A DNA stretch of 64,000 nt, from positions 769 through 64,768 of the IMG/VR virus record IMGVR_UViG_3300007734_000748; one strand, 5' to 3'. A model generated the notes under the pieces. That model made no database searches and was not told the DNA's origin. It was given only the letters and a program-made list of their open reading frames with translations. Below are positions 37,081 through 46,479 of the stretch, piece after piece (position 1 is the first letter of the stretch; the number at the start of each line of letters is the position of its first letter). A program made the translations under genes and the position numbers. Source of the stretch: a virus. Taxonomy: Duplodnaviria > Caudoviricetes.

Positions 37081-37816
37081 TTGCCACTTTCAAGTGCAGT
37101 TTTGCATGCTCCTTGAGGAGCGGCTGCAAAGCGTCTTGCTCAAAGTTACGGGTGAACTCTTGTGTGCCGATGTGCGGCAGGCTGATCATTGGGTCGAGGT
37201 AAATCTTGTACCCGTGCTCTCTGGCCCTGCGGCAGAACAAGTAGTCTTCCCCGATATAGTTGCCATCCACAATTGCAAAATCAAAGACAGCATATTCGTC
37301 TTCGCCTTCACCATCACCCTTGTACTTCCACTCAGGATGAGCCGCAATCATGGATTCAATGACATGGCGGCGAATGAGCATAAAGCCCGTTGCCACGCTT
37401 TCAACCCGCATCAAACCGTTTTCATCAAACTCCAACTGGTTGTTTTCATCCAGGTAAAAGTCTAGAAAAAACTTGGCATCTGTTGCCCTGCGGGGGTATG
37501 TTCCAGCCACAACATCCCGGTCGGTGGACAAGGCCAAAAGGCGGGTTACCGCCTCAACATTGATGACCACATCAGCATCCACAAACAGCAGATCAGTGCA
37601 ATCTGACTCCATAAAGTTGGCAACCAGCTTGTTCCGGGCTTTTGTGATGATTGAGCATCCAGACAGGTGTACCAAATGAATCTGGACGCCCATTCTGTCC
37701 AACTTGGGGACGAGTTGCGCTATGGCAAAACAGGTCTTGATGTTGACCTTGCCATCGTAACAAGGGATTGCAAGCATAAGCTTGCGACCCACCAAGTTGA
37801 AACTCTTATCAGCCAT
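37073..37816 (-). CDS. GT-A fold glycosyltransferase-like protein
   Basis: AIPCY, ARNKL, FVDADV (DxD), ATGFMLIRR, GEDYLFC and PHIG. Confidence 0.75.
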   Translation of the reverse strand: MADKSFNLVGRKLMLAIPCYDGKVNIKTCFAIAQLVPKLDRMGVQIHLVHLSGCSIITKARNKLVANFMESDCTDLLFVDADVVINVEAVTRLLALSTDRDVVAGTYPRRATDAKFFLDFYLDENNQLEFDENGLMRVESVATGFMLIRRHVIESMIAAHPEWKYKGDGEGEDEYAVFDFAIVDGNYIGEDYLFCRRAREHGYKIYLDPMISLPHIGTQEFTRNFEQDALQPLLKEHAKLHLKVANG

Positions 37817-38090
37817 AAAACACCACGGCGGTCGTTGATGCACCAACTACTGCGGAAATATTTGTTGCACATTTAATCCCTTCGCCAGGGAAAAGAATGT
37901 AAATAGATCCCGCCGCCGCTGGTGCGGTGAATGAGAACATAGCAGTTCCACCTGTTCCATCATTTAATACAACCGTTGCACCAGAGGCATAGCTAATTGA
38001 TATGCCTTTAATGCGTGCTGGGCCATTAAAAATGGTGGTCGTTGCCCCGGCTGCGGCTGCGCCTGATTTAACGTCAGTTTGCATTCCCAT
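37809..38090 (-). CDS. small beta-rich structural protein
   Basis: AGGAG RBS; PGEGI...VFYG pattern. Confidence 0.65.
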   Translation of the reverse strand: MGMQTDVKSGAAAAGATTTIFNGPARIKGISISYASGATVVLNDGTGGTAMFSFTAPAAAGSIYILFPGEGIKCATNISAVVGASTTAVVFYG

Positions 38091-38102
38091 AATCAATCTC
38101 CT

Positions 38103-38126
38103 AAAAATCGGGGGCCGAAGCCCCCT
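38103..38126 (-). terminator. putative weak terminator
   Basis: GGGGG CTTCGG CCCCC GATTTTT on the - strand. Confidence 0.5.
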
Positions 38127-38133
38127 GGATCAA

Positions 38134-38652
38134 TTAAGCGGATGCTGGGAACTGCGAACCGTTAGAGTCAGCAACAACATACACCACAGTGTATTGAACC
38201 GTACCAGCGGTGACTGCGGCAACCGTGGGGGTCATGGTAGCAACCACCTTCACATCGGTTGGGCCAACACCAATTCCGTTGGGGGAGGCAGTTGATGTAG
38301 CGCCACACCAAGCGGCCAATGCAGCATTGGTTGTAGCCAAACGACCTGCGGAGGTCACATCAGTAGATGTCCAATATTTATTGGCGGTCGTGCCATCGCC
38401 CAATTGCATATTGGCGGCAGTAGAGCCGGTAAAGGCCACCAACGTATCAACAAAGATGCTTAGGATTTGTGCGCCAGCAGGCAACACAGCAATCGTGTCA
38501 GTGGTAGCTGAAGCAGCTTGACCAGCATAATTCTTTTTGAAGGTTTGAGAAACAACGGTTGCGCCGCAGTTTTCAATCGTGCCGACAGTGGTGCCGGTGG
38601 TGTTACGGATAGTGCCAAGCAGCCAGGGGCCAAGATGAGTTGCGAATCCCAT
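38134..38652 (-). CDS. capsid decoration/minor structural protein
   Basis: Beta-rich; LPAGAQI motif; immediately downstream of the capsid gene. Confidence 0.6.
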   Translation of the reverse strand: MGFATHLGPWLLGTIRNTTGTTVGTIENCGATVVSQTFKKNYAGQAASATTDTIAVLPAGAQILSIFVDTLVAFTGSTAANMQLGDGTTANKYWTSTDVTSAGRLATTNAALAAWCGATSTASPNGIGVGPTDVKVVATMTPTVAAVTAGTVQYTVVYVVADSNGSQFPASA

Positions 38653-38660
38653 GTTTAAAT

Positions 38661-38733
38661 CTCCATGCGTTAAAGTGTATCAATCTTGCATGACAGTCAG
38701 CCGGGACTGTTTGATACACCGGTTCTCCCGGAT
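38661..38733 (-). ncRNA. structured RNA leader, probably the Mu-gpT-DE motif
   Basis: Interlocked pairings CCGGGA/TCCCGG, GTGTATCAA/TTGATACAC and CATGC/GCATG; located downstream of a Mu-gpT-like capsid gene. Confidence 0.6.
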
Positions 38734-38740
38734 TGCAGCC

Positions 38741-38769
38741 AATATATCATGCTTTTTAAGGGCGTGCAA
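38741..38769 (-). promoter_or_regulatory. sigma70-type promoter
   Basis: TTGCAC-N17-TATATT with extended TG. Confidence 0.6.
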
Positions 38770-38770
38770 C

Positions 38771-38798
38771 AAATAAAAAGGGCCCCCGAAGGGGCCCT
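38771..38798 (-). terminator. rho-independent terminator after the capsid gene
   Basis: AGGGCCCC TTCG GGGGCCCT TTTTATTT. Confidence 0.85.
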
Positions 38799-38835
38799 AG
38801 TGGTAGGCCAGTCACCTCTACCGTTCTGGGATTTA

Positions 38836-39747
38836 TCAAGACGAACCGGGTGATCCGAAGATGCCCAGAGGGTCTGACACGCCGAAGCTATAACGCTCAC
38901 GAGCTTTATAGCGGACGTTTCCGGTGTCGAAGTCTCCATCCATTTTTGTGTCCAGAGGCATACGCACAAAGTGCTTCAGCCCGTTAGGCACATCAGTAGA
39001 CAGGAACCAAGCATTGGTGTCGGTCAAGTAGTGGTTGACAGTGTAGCCCTGGGGGATAGAGCCGTTGTTCTTCAACGCGTTGACGTCGTTGTCGGTCGTG
39101 CCAACACGCAATTCGGTCTCCAGGAGACGAGTTGCGACGAACATCAGAGCAGGAGGAACAATCAACTTCTTGGGCTTGGCTGCGATCAACAAGCCACGCT
39201 CGTCCGTCCACGCAGCGATCTGAATGACTGCGTTTTCCAACGAAGTCTCATTCAAGTCAGCGGCGGTAGCCGGGCGATTGCTGTTGGTGCCACCAGAGAT
39301 CAACGGGTGGGCAGTAGAGCACAAGCTCACACCGTCACCGTAAGTCACCGTGGTATTGAACGCTTGGTTCAACACATAGGCGGCTTTGACCTGCTTGGTA
39401 TACGCCATACCACGGGCCAACGACTTGGTGTATCGGCTGGACAACGAGTCATACAAGTTGTCTTCGATTGCTTCTTCCGTGATGGAGAAGCCCATGGCGA
39501 TGGTTTCGTGGTTGTAGCGAGCAGTCCATGCTTCCTGGGCATTGTCGTACTGGATCGCAGAACCTTCGTTCTTGACCGGTGCGGCAGAGAAGCCAGAAAG
39601 TTTGGTCTCTTCCTCGAAGGAACGCTCAGAAGTCTCGGTTTCGTAGATTTCTTTGTGCTCTTCAGGGTAGGTCGCATACTGCAAGCCGAACAAAGCGTTC
39701 AGGCCGGGAAGCAGTTCTTTAAGTAGTTGTGCGCGTGAAATTGCCAT
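38836..39747 (-). CDS. major capsid protein (Mu gpT-like, HK97 fold)
   Basis: FSITEEAIEDNLY, KKLIVPPAL, DTNAWF and RERYSFG; follows scaffold genes and precedes a terminator. Confidence 0.9.
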   Translation of the reverse strand: MAISRAQLLKELLPGLNALFGLQYATYPEEHKEIYETETSERSFEEETKLSGFSAAPVKNEGSAIQYDNAQEAWTARYNHETIAMGFSITEEAIEDNLYDSLSSRYTKSLARGMAYTKQVKAAYVLNQAFNTTVTYGDGVSLCSTAHPLISGGTNSNRPATAADLNETSLENAVIQIAAWTDERGLLIAAKPKKLIVPPALMFVATRLLETELRVGTTDNDVNALKNNGSIPQGYTVNHYLTDTNAWFLSTDVPNGLKHFVRMPLDTKMDGDFDTGNVRYKARERYSFGVSDPLGIFGSPGSS

Positions 39748-39757
39748 TTCTTACTCC

Positions 39758-40354
39758 TTAAACACCAGTGGTGTTGTTGTATTGGTGAGTGTTGATTTTC
39801 ACCAACAGTTCGGTGTAAGTGTCGGCTGCGGTAGCAGTCTCGGGCACAACATCGATCACACGGATTGGAATGGTGGAGGTAGTGCCAGCACCGGTCAGGG
39901 TCACAGCAAAAGCAGAGTCACCAGTGGTGGTGCTGCCAGCGTTGAGAACCAGAGCCAAGTTGGAGCCAACTACGGTACGACCTGCGGAACTCATGGTAGT
40001 GCCAGAAGACACAACGGCAACCTTGAACAGGGCCATGGGGTCATCCACAACATACGCATAAGCGAGGTTGGTCGAAGTGCTTGCCAAAGCGGGGATATAT
40101 TGGCCCTGAACGGTTTGACCGCTAGAGTTCACATATTGACCGCCGACACACACGCCGACAATTGCACCAGAGTTGGTGGTGGAGGAAACGACCAGATACC
40201 CGGTGCTATCAATTGCCACGGTGTCGCCAAAGAAAACGGCGGTGGCAAAGGCGGCAGCAACAGGGATCTGTCGGAAAGCACCAGCGTACGGCTTACCATC
40301 AATTGAATTGATGGGCTTTAGGCCGTAGGGTGCGGAGACAGTGGGGTAAGCCAT
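39758..40354 (-). CDS. capsid cement/decoration protein
   Basis: PYGLKP...GD.V...VVDDP; directly upstream of the major capsid gene. Confidence 0.65.
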   Translation of the reverse strand: MAYPTVSAPYGLKPINSIDGKPYAGAFRQIPVAAAFATAVFFGDTVAIDSTGYLVVSSTTNSGAIVGVCVGGQYVNSSGQTVQGQYIPALASTSTNLAYAYVVDDPMALFKVAVVSSGTTMSSAGRTVVGSNLALVLNAGSTTTGDSAFAVTLTGAGTTSTIPIRVIDVVPETATAADTYTELLVKINTHQYNNTTGV

Positions 40355-40371
40355 TGAAAGACTCCTAAAAT

Positions 40372-40839
40372 TTAAGAACCAGAACCGAAAGCTCGTCCCT
40401 TAGTCACTGTTGAGCGGCGCTCATTAAACAGCGGCATGCGGGCATCGCTCTCGCGCATGTAGGTGTTGTCTACCGAATCAATCTGCGAATCAGTAATTTT
40501 TTGGAAATACTCATTGCGTTGACCGACAAACTCCACCGGGGTTTTACAGAGGATGAGTCCACCTACTTCGATCGCATCTTTGTACCGGCTATTGGGTTCG
40601 GCAAAAAGCTGCGCCTCGGGGTGATCCGAAGCCTTTACAGGCTCCCAGCCCTCGCGGAATTTTGAAGACACATTCTTGGCATCAGCTTGGCCCATCATGC
40701 TGGTACGAATCCAGCGAAACGCGTAGCCCGGCTCTTCGTCAACTTCGGGTAGAAGTTCAGCGGGTGCCCATTTGGTCACTGGGCGCACTTCGCGAGCACG
40801 AGATTCGAGTTCACGACTAAGTTTGTTCTGTTCTGCCAT
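40372..40839 (-). CDS. head module protein
   Basis: FRWIR...EGWEPV...GGLILC pattern. Confidence 0.7.
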   Translation of the reverse strand: MAEQNKLSRELESRAREVRPVTKWAPAELLPEVDEEPGYAFRWIRTSMMGQADAKNVSSKFREGWEPVKASDHPEAQLFAEPNSRYKDAIEVGGLILCKTPVEFVGQRNEYFQKITDSQIDSVDNTYMRESDARMPLFNERRSTVTKGRAFGSGS

Positions 40840-40841
40840 GT

Positions 40842-41810
40842 TTATTTCCTCATTTCTTCCGCAACCTTACGAGCATAGAGTTCCAAAGGAATTCCAAGCC
40901 GCTTGGCGATATTCACCTGCGACGGGCTAAGCACGATTTTTTTAGATGCAGTGCTGCGCGTTGCGGGTGCAACAACATTTGCTTTCGGGCGCTGAGAAGA
41001 GTTAGCTTCAGCGGGCTCGTCAGACGCAAATTTATCCGAGAACCTTTGGCGAATCTCTCCGTTGAGTTTTTTGTAATACTCATCCGAAGTAGGGTCAACA
41101 CCATCTTCCAAAACCAGCTTTTCATGCAACGCGAGAGCATAGCTGGTCATTAGCCGGTCTTTTCCAAACCATGGATTCCTGGCTTGCCAAGCGTCCACTT
41201 TAGGATCAGACGGTGCTTCCCGCGTGAGTTGTTTGGTTTGTACATCAACCTCGCTCGTTTGTAAAGGGGTAGGCTTAAAATTACTTACCCGGTCCGCACG
41301 AATCTTGGCAGTAGTCAGATTCTCCTGGGCTTCCACAAGCCGGTCGGAGTCTCCTGACTCATATGCTTCCTTGTAGGCACGCTTGGCTGCTTCAACTTCG
41401 CTGGCAACCACTCGTTTTGCCTGCTCAAGTAGTGCTTCCTGGTTAGTATTTAGCGATCCTTTGAGTTTTTTATTCTCATCTACGACCGCTTGCGCCAACC
41501 GCAAAGCCTCTTCTTTCTCACGAAAAGCCGCTTCTTTTGCCCGGCGTTCGTCGTGATAGCCACGCCCCAAATGAGCCAAACGCTCTTTAAGTCGTTTGTC
41601 GGTGTATTTAGACAGTTCTTCTTCCGTTACTGCCTCGGGGGGAACATCTAGCGGCTTGCGGCCTCTGTCCCCCTCTGGCGTATCGTCAACAATCTCTATC
41701 TCAGGCTCAGCTACAACAACCCCAGACTCTTCCAAGTCTTTTGTTGCCTTTGTTTCGGCCTCTTCTTTTTCGTCCGGAAACTCGAACGTAGTTTTTTCAA
41801 ATTCAGGCAT
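40842..41810 (-). CDS. scaffolding protein
   Basis: Acidic coiled coil, W..RNPWF, C-terminal IAKRLGIPLELYA; lies between portal and capsid. Confidence 0.75.
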   Translation of the reverse strand: MPEFEKTTFEFPDEKEEAETKATKDLEESGVVVAEPEIEIVDDTPEGDRGRKPLDVPPEAVTEEELSKYTDKRLKERLAHLGRGYHDERRAKEAAFREKEEALRLAQAVVDENKKLKGSLNTNQEALLEQAKRVVASEVEAAKRAYKEAYESGDSDRLVEAQENLTTAKIRADRVSNFKPTPLQTSEVDVQTKQLTREAPSDPKVDAWQARNPWFGKDRLMTSYALALHEKLVLEDGVDPTSDEYYKKLNGEIRQRFSDKFASDEPAEANSSQRPKANVVAPATRSTASKKIVLSPSQVNIAKRLGIPLELYARKVAEEMRK

Positions 41811-41820
41811 GAGTTACTCC

Positions 41821-42222
41821 TTATGCACGGGAAATACCACGCGGGTCTTGAACCACAGCTTCGACCGAGTCATCGTTGATGATGCGGAACTCTTTACCGT
41901 GAATCTTGATCCGTGTACCAGTGTTGGGTCTAACCAACACAAAGTCCCCTGTCTTGCAGGACGCGCCACTGGGGAACCGCTTTTCATCTTTGTACGCATC
42001 AGGCCCCATCTTGACGACATACAGCACAGGAGAGAGGACCTCCTCGTAGTGCAGCGTCTGACTGGCTTTCACTATGCCGCTGTCGTAAGACTCGTCAATT
42101 TCAGGTAAAACACACAGAAGATGGAAGGTGGCGGGGTCAGGTACCTGCCGTGCTTTCTCTTCAGCCGTTTCGGGAAGGACAGTTGATGTTGCACCGTCTT
42201 GGCTTACGAGGATTTCACTCAT
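41821..42222 (-). CDS. GroES-like co-chaperonin
   Basis: SGIV, MGPDAY, CKTGDFV and FRIINDDSVEAVV. Confidence 0.75.
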   Translation of the reverse strand: MSEILVSQDGATSTVLPETAEEKARQVPDPATFHLLCVLPEIDESYDSGIVKASQTLHYEEVLSPVLYVVKMGPDAYKDEKRFPSGASCKTGDFVLVRPNTGTRIKIHGKEFRIINDDSVEAVVQDPRGISRA

Positions 42223-42406
42223 TGTCTAATTGCTCCATTCGTTTAGCGAAGTCTTGAAGTGTCAAGTTGGCGTGGTCAAGACCTCGAATCACCCCCACCA
42301 ACTCTCGGTACTCAGCGTAGTCTTTAGCCGCGCCCGTACAAAGCCTGTCTACCGCCTGCTGGCGGTATTCGTCGTTTTGCTTTTTAAGAAACTCTATTTC
42401 TGTCAT
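42215..42406 (-). CDS. hypothetical head module protein
   Basis: AKDYAEYRELVGVIRGL; follows the portal. Confidence 0.7.
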   Translation of the reverse strand: MTEIEFLKKQNDEYRQQAVDRLCTGAAKDYAEYRELVGVIRGLDHANLTLQDFAKRMEQLDNE

Positions 42407-44916
42407 TCAGTAGCCCTCGGTTGTGGAGTCTGCGCTTGTTGTGCTGCAAGAGCCGCTTGTTGCCGTGCCACCTGCTCGGCGTGAGTTAACTTCTGGCGGT
42501 GGACCATGTCTTTGTGACGCAAGTCCTGCTGTTTTTGTGCAGCCATCAGCCCCATGTTCATGCGCTTGGCCTCCATCTCCTGCTGCGCCCGCGCCGCTGC
42601 AATAGCCGGGTTCTCACCCTGCTTGCTGGCCATCTCCTGCTGCTTGATCTGCAACTCTTGTGCTTTAAGCTGCAACTCACCTTGCACCTTGGCGGCACGC
42701 GTTTGAGCTTCTTGCTGCTTGATCTGCAACTCAGCTTGCTGCATCTGGATGATCGGGTCCTGCGCCATCTGCTGGTTCTTCTGCTGCTGCGCCATGGCCA
42801 TGTTCTGCTGGAGCAACTGAGTGGACGCCTGCGCCACAAGCTGTGACAACTGAACCTCTACTTCCTCAGGCAACTGTTCGTTGGGTTTGGGCAACGGAAC
42901 ACCCAACTGCTCTTCAATCTTCTTACGGTACGCATACGCCAAGTGCTCAGCAATGTGCGCCTGAATGGCACCCATCATCTGCTGCGCCATCGGGTTCTGC
43001 CCCATCTGTTGAGCAATCATCGGGTCCTGCATAAACGTCGAGTGCGCCGCAATGTGCGCATCGTGATCCTGGTATATAAACGCCTTGGTTGGCTCGCCAT
43101 TCAGGAACGCCATGTTCTCGCTGATCGGGTCACGCGGTGTCTGGTCGTCCTCAATCGGAACCAACTTCTCCGCGTTCTTAACCCCCAGCACCTCAATCAT
43201 TTGTCTGTGCAGGTTAGGCAGGTTGTATATCTGCGGAGCTTGCTGCGCCAACTGGATCACAGCCTGATACTGCATGATCCGCTGAGCCATCGTGCTGCTG
43301 TTGGGGTCACTGACTGGAATGACCTCCACCATGTCATAGTCTTCTTGCTTGGCGGACGCGTCCCCCGTCTCAGGCTCATAGTCATACTGACTCGGAGTGT
43401 TGTCCCTGATGATGGCCTTGAGTATCTTGAACTCTTGCTTCATCGAGTTATGCACGCGGGCTTGGACAGCACCCATGATCTTTAACTGCCGCTCAAGCAA
43501 CGCCAGCGTTGTGCCAACAGGTGCTTGGGCACTCATATCACTGACCTTCATGTCGGCAATAGAACCCAGACGACGACCCTCATCAGTGATCTGATTGAGC
43601 AGTGCCATCAATACTTGGCTCGGCTCCTTATAGGGCAGAGTCATGATGTTGTCTTTGATGCTCCCAGAGGGGACATCCACATCTCTGAACTCTCCTGGGG
43701 CGATCGGAGTGTCATCTCCCTTAACCCTTAAACCCCTAGATTTAAGACCCCCCGGCAAATTGCTTAAAGTGCCAGCATCCACCAACTGCCGGATAAGACT
43801 TGTGCCAGCGCGGGCGTAACCCCCAATAATGTGAATGAGCCCCATGCCATACGCCCCGAATCCGGGGATATAGTCATACTGCACCAGATGCTGACGCTTT
43901 TGGTAATTCTCATCACTCTCTTCCCAGTTACGATAGATCGCCAATACCTCTTGCGTACCCTTGTCAATCGTCACAATGTAGGGAACAGCTACTTCATCCT
44001 CATCCTCATACCCTTTGAGGTTCCAATCCACCTGAATCTCATACACCTGATACCGGTCGTCATCGGTGACTGAGTAGCCCTGCTCTTCGGCTTTCTTCTT
44101 CTCCACATCTGTGTGGTTCATCACCGGCTCACCCAGATCAATATCTCGGTAGAACCCAGCTACTTGCAGCTTCTTGATGTCATTTTTGGTTTTACGCATG
44201 ACGTGAGTCACACGCTCAGCCATCCGCGCACCACTCGACCCGTAAGGAATAATCACATCCTCTGCGGGCACAAAGATCGAAGTCTGCCGCCCCAAGCCCG
44301 GATCAAAATACACTTTTTTGAACGCCGAGCCCGCAAGTCCCAAGTTAAACAACATGCGTTCGTGCTCTGGCCGGTACTCGGGCATCTCCTCGGTCAGCTT
44401 GAAGTTCATGTCATCCTGAACCCGCTGCGCCGCTTGCTCTTTCAGTTTATCTATAGCACCGATGATTTCTGTTTTGACAGGACCCTGTGCCGGAAACGTC
44501 TCAGTGATAGTCTCACTCTGAAACCTAATCGCAGCTTCCGTAAGAACCGTTGAATATACTCCGCAAGCCCCGTTCCAAGGTTCTGTTCTTTCTTCATACT
44601 TAGTCCCTAGTACTTCAAGACCTTTTACATACGTCTCAGTCCAATCCTTGCGACTAGCAATATCTGCATCTACCAACTCAAGCAAATCACTGGCCAAATT
44701 CGCCAGTTCACTAGCATCCATTTCTTCCGCAAGATTCGCACCAAACTCGCCTTTTTCCCTCTCATCTTCCGGCTCAATAACTATCTCCATACTGCCATCA
44801 CTTAACGTGACTGAGTCAGGATTTTCAATCTCAATCTCCAGATCGGGCTCCATGCTCTCCACCCCTAAACCTATAGGGGCTGCATATATACCCTTGTCCA
44901 TCATGTTCGTTGCCAT
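42403..44916 (-). CDS. portal protein (P22-like)
   Basis: 837 aa after terL; GSAFKKVYFD, LVDAGTLSNLPGG and a Gln-rich C-terminal barrel. Confidence 0.88.
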   Translation of the reverse strand: MATNMMDKGIYAAPIGLGVESMEPDLEIEIENPDSVTLSDGSMEIVIEPEDEREKGEFGANLAEEMDASELANLASDLLELVDADIASRKDWTETYVKGLEVLGTKYEERTEPWNGACGVYSTVLTEAAIRFQSETITETFPAQGPVKTEIIGAIDKLKEQAAQRVQDDMNFKLTEEMPEYRPEHERMLFNLGLAGSAFKKVYFDPGLGRQTSIFVPAEDVIIPYGSSGARMAERVTHVMRKTKNDIKKLQVAGFYRDIDLGEPVMNHTDVEKKKAEEQGYSVTDDDRYQVYEIQVDWNLKGYEDEDEVAVPYIVTIDKGTQEVLAIYRNWEESDENYQKRQHLVQYDYIPGFGAYGMGLIHIIGGYARAGTSLIRQLVDAGTLSNLPGGLKSRGLRVKGDDTPIAPGEFRDVDVPSGSIKDNIMTLPYKEPSQVLMALLNQITDEGRRLGSIADMKVSDMSAQAPVGTTLALLERQLKIMGAVQARVHNSMKQEFKILKAIIRDNTPSQYDYEPETGDASAKQEDYDMVEVIPVSDPNSSTMAQRIMQYQAVIQLAQQAPQIYNLPNLHRQMIEVLGVKNAEKLVPIEDDQTPRDPISENMAFLNGEPTKAFIYQDHDAHIAAHSTFMQDPMIAQQMGQNPMAQQMMGAIQAHIAEHLAYAYRKKIEEQLGVPLPKPNEQLPEEVEVQLSQLVAQASTQLLQQNMAMAQQQKNQQMAQDPIIQMQQAELQIKQQEAQTRAAKVQGELQLKAQELQIKQQEMASKQGENPAIAAARAQQEMEAKRMNMGLMAAQKQQDLRHKDMVHRQKLTHAEQVARQQAALAAQQAQTPQPRATE

Positions 44917-44925
44917 TTTGTACCC

Positions 44926-46479
44926 TTAGTAAAACACCGCGTTACGGCGGCGGAAGTATTTCTGTTCTTCCGGTTCATCAGTAGGCAATCTTAGGAATCC
45001 CCCCTGGCGGAAGCGCATCAGCGCAAGAGTGGTAGCATCAACTAAGTCGTCATGCTCGCCCGACGGAAACGCTGCTATTTCATCGACCAATTCCTCAGCC
45101 CAAGCAGTCCGTGGCACCCACACCTTACCTGACGCAATTATGTCCGAGACAGAGTTCAAACGAGCAATTTTGTCCTGGCCCCTACTAGGCGTGTACTCCT
45201 GCACCGGAATCCCCATCGCCCGTAGTTCATAAATCAGCGGTGCCCCTGTCGCCTTCTTCTCGACAATCACACTATCAGGCTCCCACTCTTCGTACTCGTT
45301 GAACACATCCTTTTTAAGCTGCACCCACTCAACCCGTTTCTTGTACGTATTGAGCAATATGATGTTAGGCAGACTGTGGTCCTCGTCGTTATAGAAAACC
45401 CCCCACGTCGTGCCCGCTGAATAGTCGGCACGTTGGGTCTTTTCAAACGCAGTATCCCACGACTGGAGTATGTACTCACATTGTGGCGGACGCTCTTGAT
45501 CCCACCATTTCCACCAGTCTCGTTTCACAATCGCAGACTCGTTACCAATCGGGTTCTGCTGATACTGCGCCTGCCACTTACTATTGGGCAGTTCCGTTCT
45601 AAGAGCTTCAAGTTCCCCCAGCGACCAGAACTCTGGCCATAGTGGGTTGCCCGAGGGCATGATGGCAGGAAACTCAATCACTTCCCACTGCTCACCACCC
45701 CTGTTATGGGCCGCTTTCAGCACCTGACCGGTCAAATCCCGCTGCGCCCACCGCGTCATAACGATCACAATTGCCCCGCCCGGCTGCAAACGCTGCCTTG
45801 GGCCGGAGGTATACCACTCGTACACCTTATCGAACACTTCTGGGTTACTTGCGGCCAGTGCAGCTTCCTGTTCTGAGTGCGGATCATCAATAATCAGCAC
45901 ATTTGCACCCTTTCCGGTTACAGTTCCGCCGACTCCAATGGCAAAATAATCGCCCCCTTTGCTGGTATTCCACCGTCCAGCGGCTTTGGAGTCTTGTTGA
46001 AGCGTCAATTCCGGAAAAATCTCGCGGTAGACCTCCGTATCGACCAAATTTCGCACTTTTCGGCCAAAACCAACGGCCAATTCGCCCGTATTTGAGCTTT
46101 GTATAATCTTTTTGTTAGGGTATTTACCTAGAAACCATGCTGGCAAGAGGTAACTTGCGAACTCTGACTTGGTATGGCGAGGCGGCATGTTGATGATGAG
46201 CCGCTTGCACTCGCCCCGCGCGACCCGCTCGAACGCTTGGGCCATAATCTTGTGGTGACGCCCGCTGATGAACTCTGGCCACACTCTCTCGACAAACCCC
46301 ATGAACGTATTTCGGGCACGTTCCTTCTCCAGCATCTTCTCGCGGCGCTCCAAGTCTTGGAGAATCACCATCTTTTTAGAGTCGGGCAGTTTATCTAGCT
46401 GCGCCAGCAGCATTTTGAACTCGGGGTCAAGAATGTCGGATTGTTGTTCACGCACCGGCACTCTCCTGAGGTGGTTCAT
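44926..46479 (-). CDS. terL: terminase large subunit
   Basis: PPRHTKS Walker A, LIIDDP Walker B, MTRW, SWDTA and HDDLVDA nuclease motifs; exact start uncertain. Confidence 0.95.
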   Translation of the reverse strand: MNHLRRVPVREQQSDILDPEFKMLLAQLDKLPDSKKMVILQDLERREKMLEKERARNTFMGFVERVWPEFISGRHHKIMAQAFERVARGECKRLIINMPPRHTKSEFASYLLPAWFLGKYPNKKIIQSSNTGELAVGFGRKVRNLVDTEVYREIFPELTLQQDSKAAGRWNTSKGGDYFAIGVGGTVTGKGANVLIIDDPHSEQEAALAASNPEVFDKVYEWYTSGPRQRLQPGGAIVIVMTRWAQRDLTGQVLKAAHNRGGEQWEVIEFPAIMPSGNPLWPEFWSLGELEALRTELPNSKWQAQYQQNPIGNESAIVKRDWWKWWDQERPPQCEYILQSWDTAFEKTQRADYSAGTTWGVFYNDEDHSLPNIILLNTYKKRVEWVQLKKDVFNEYEEWEPDSVIVEKKATGAPLIYELRAMGIPVQEYTPSRGQDKIARLNSVSDIIASGKVWVPRTAWAEELVDEIAAFPSGEHDDLVDATTLALMRFRQGGFLRLPTDEPEEQKYFRRRNAVFY

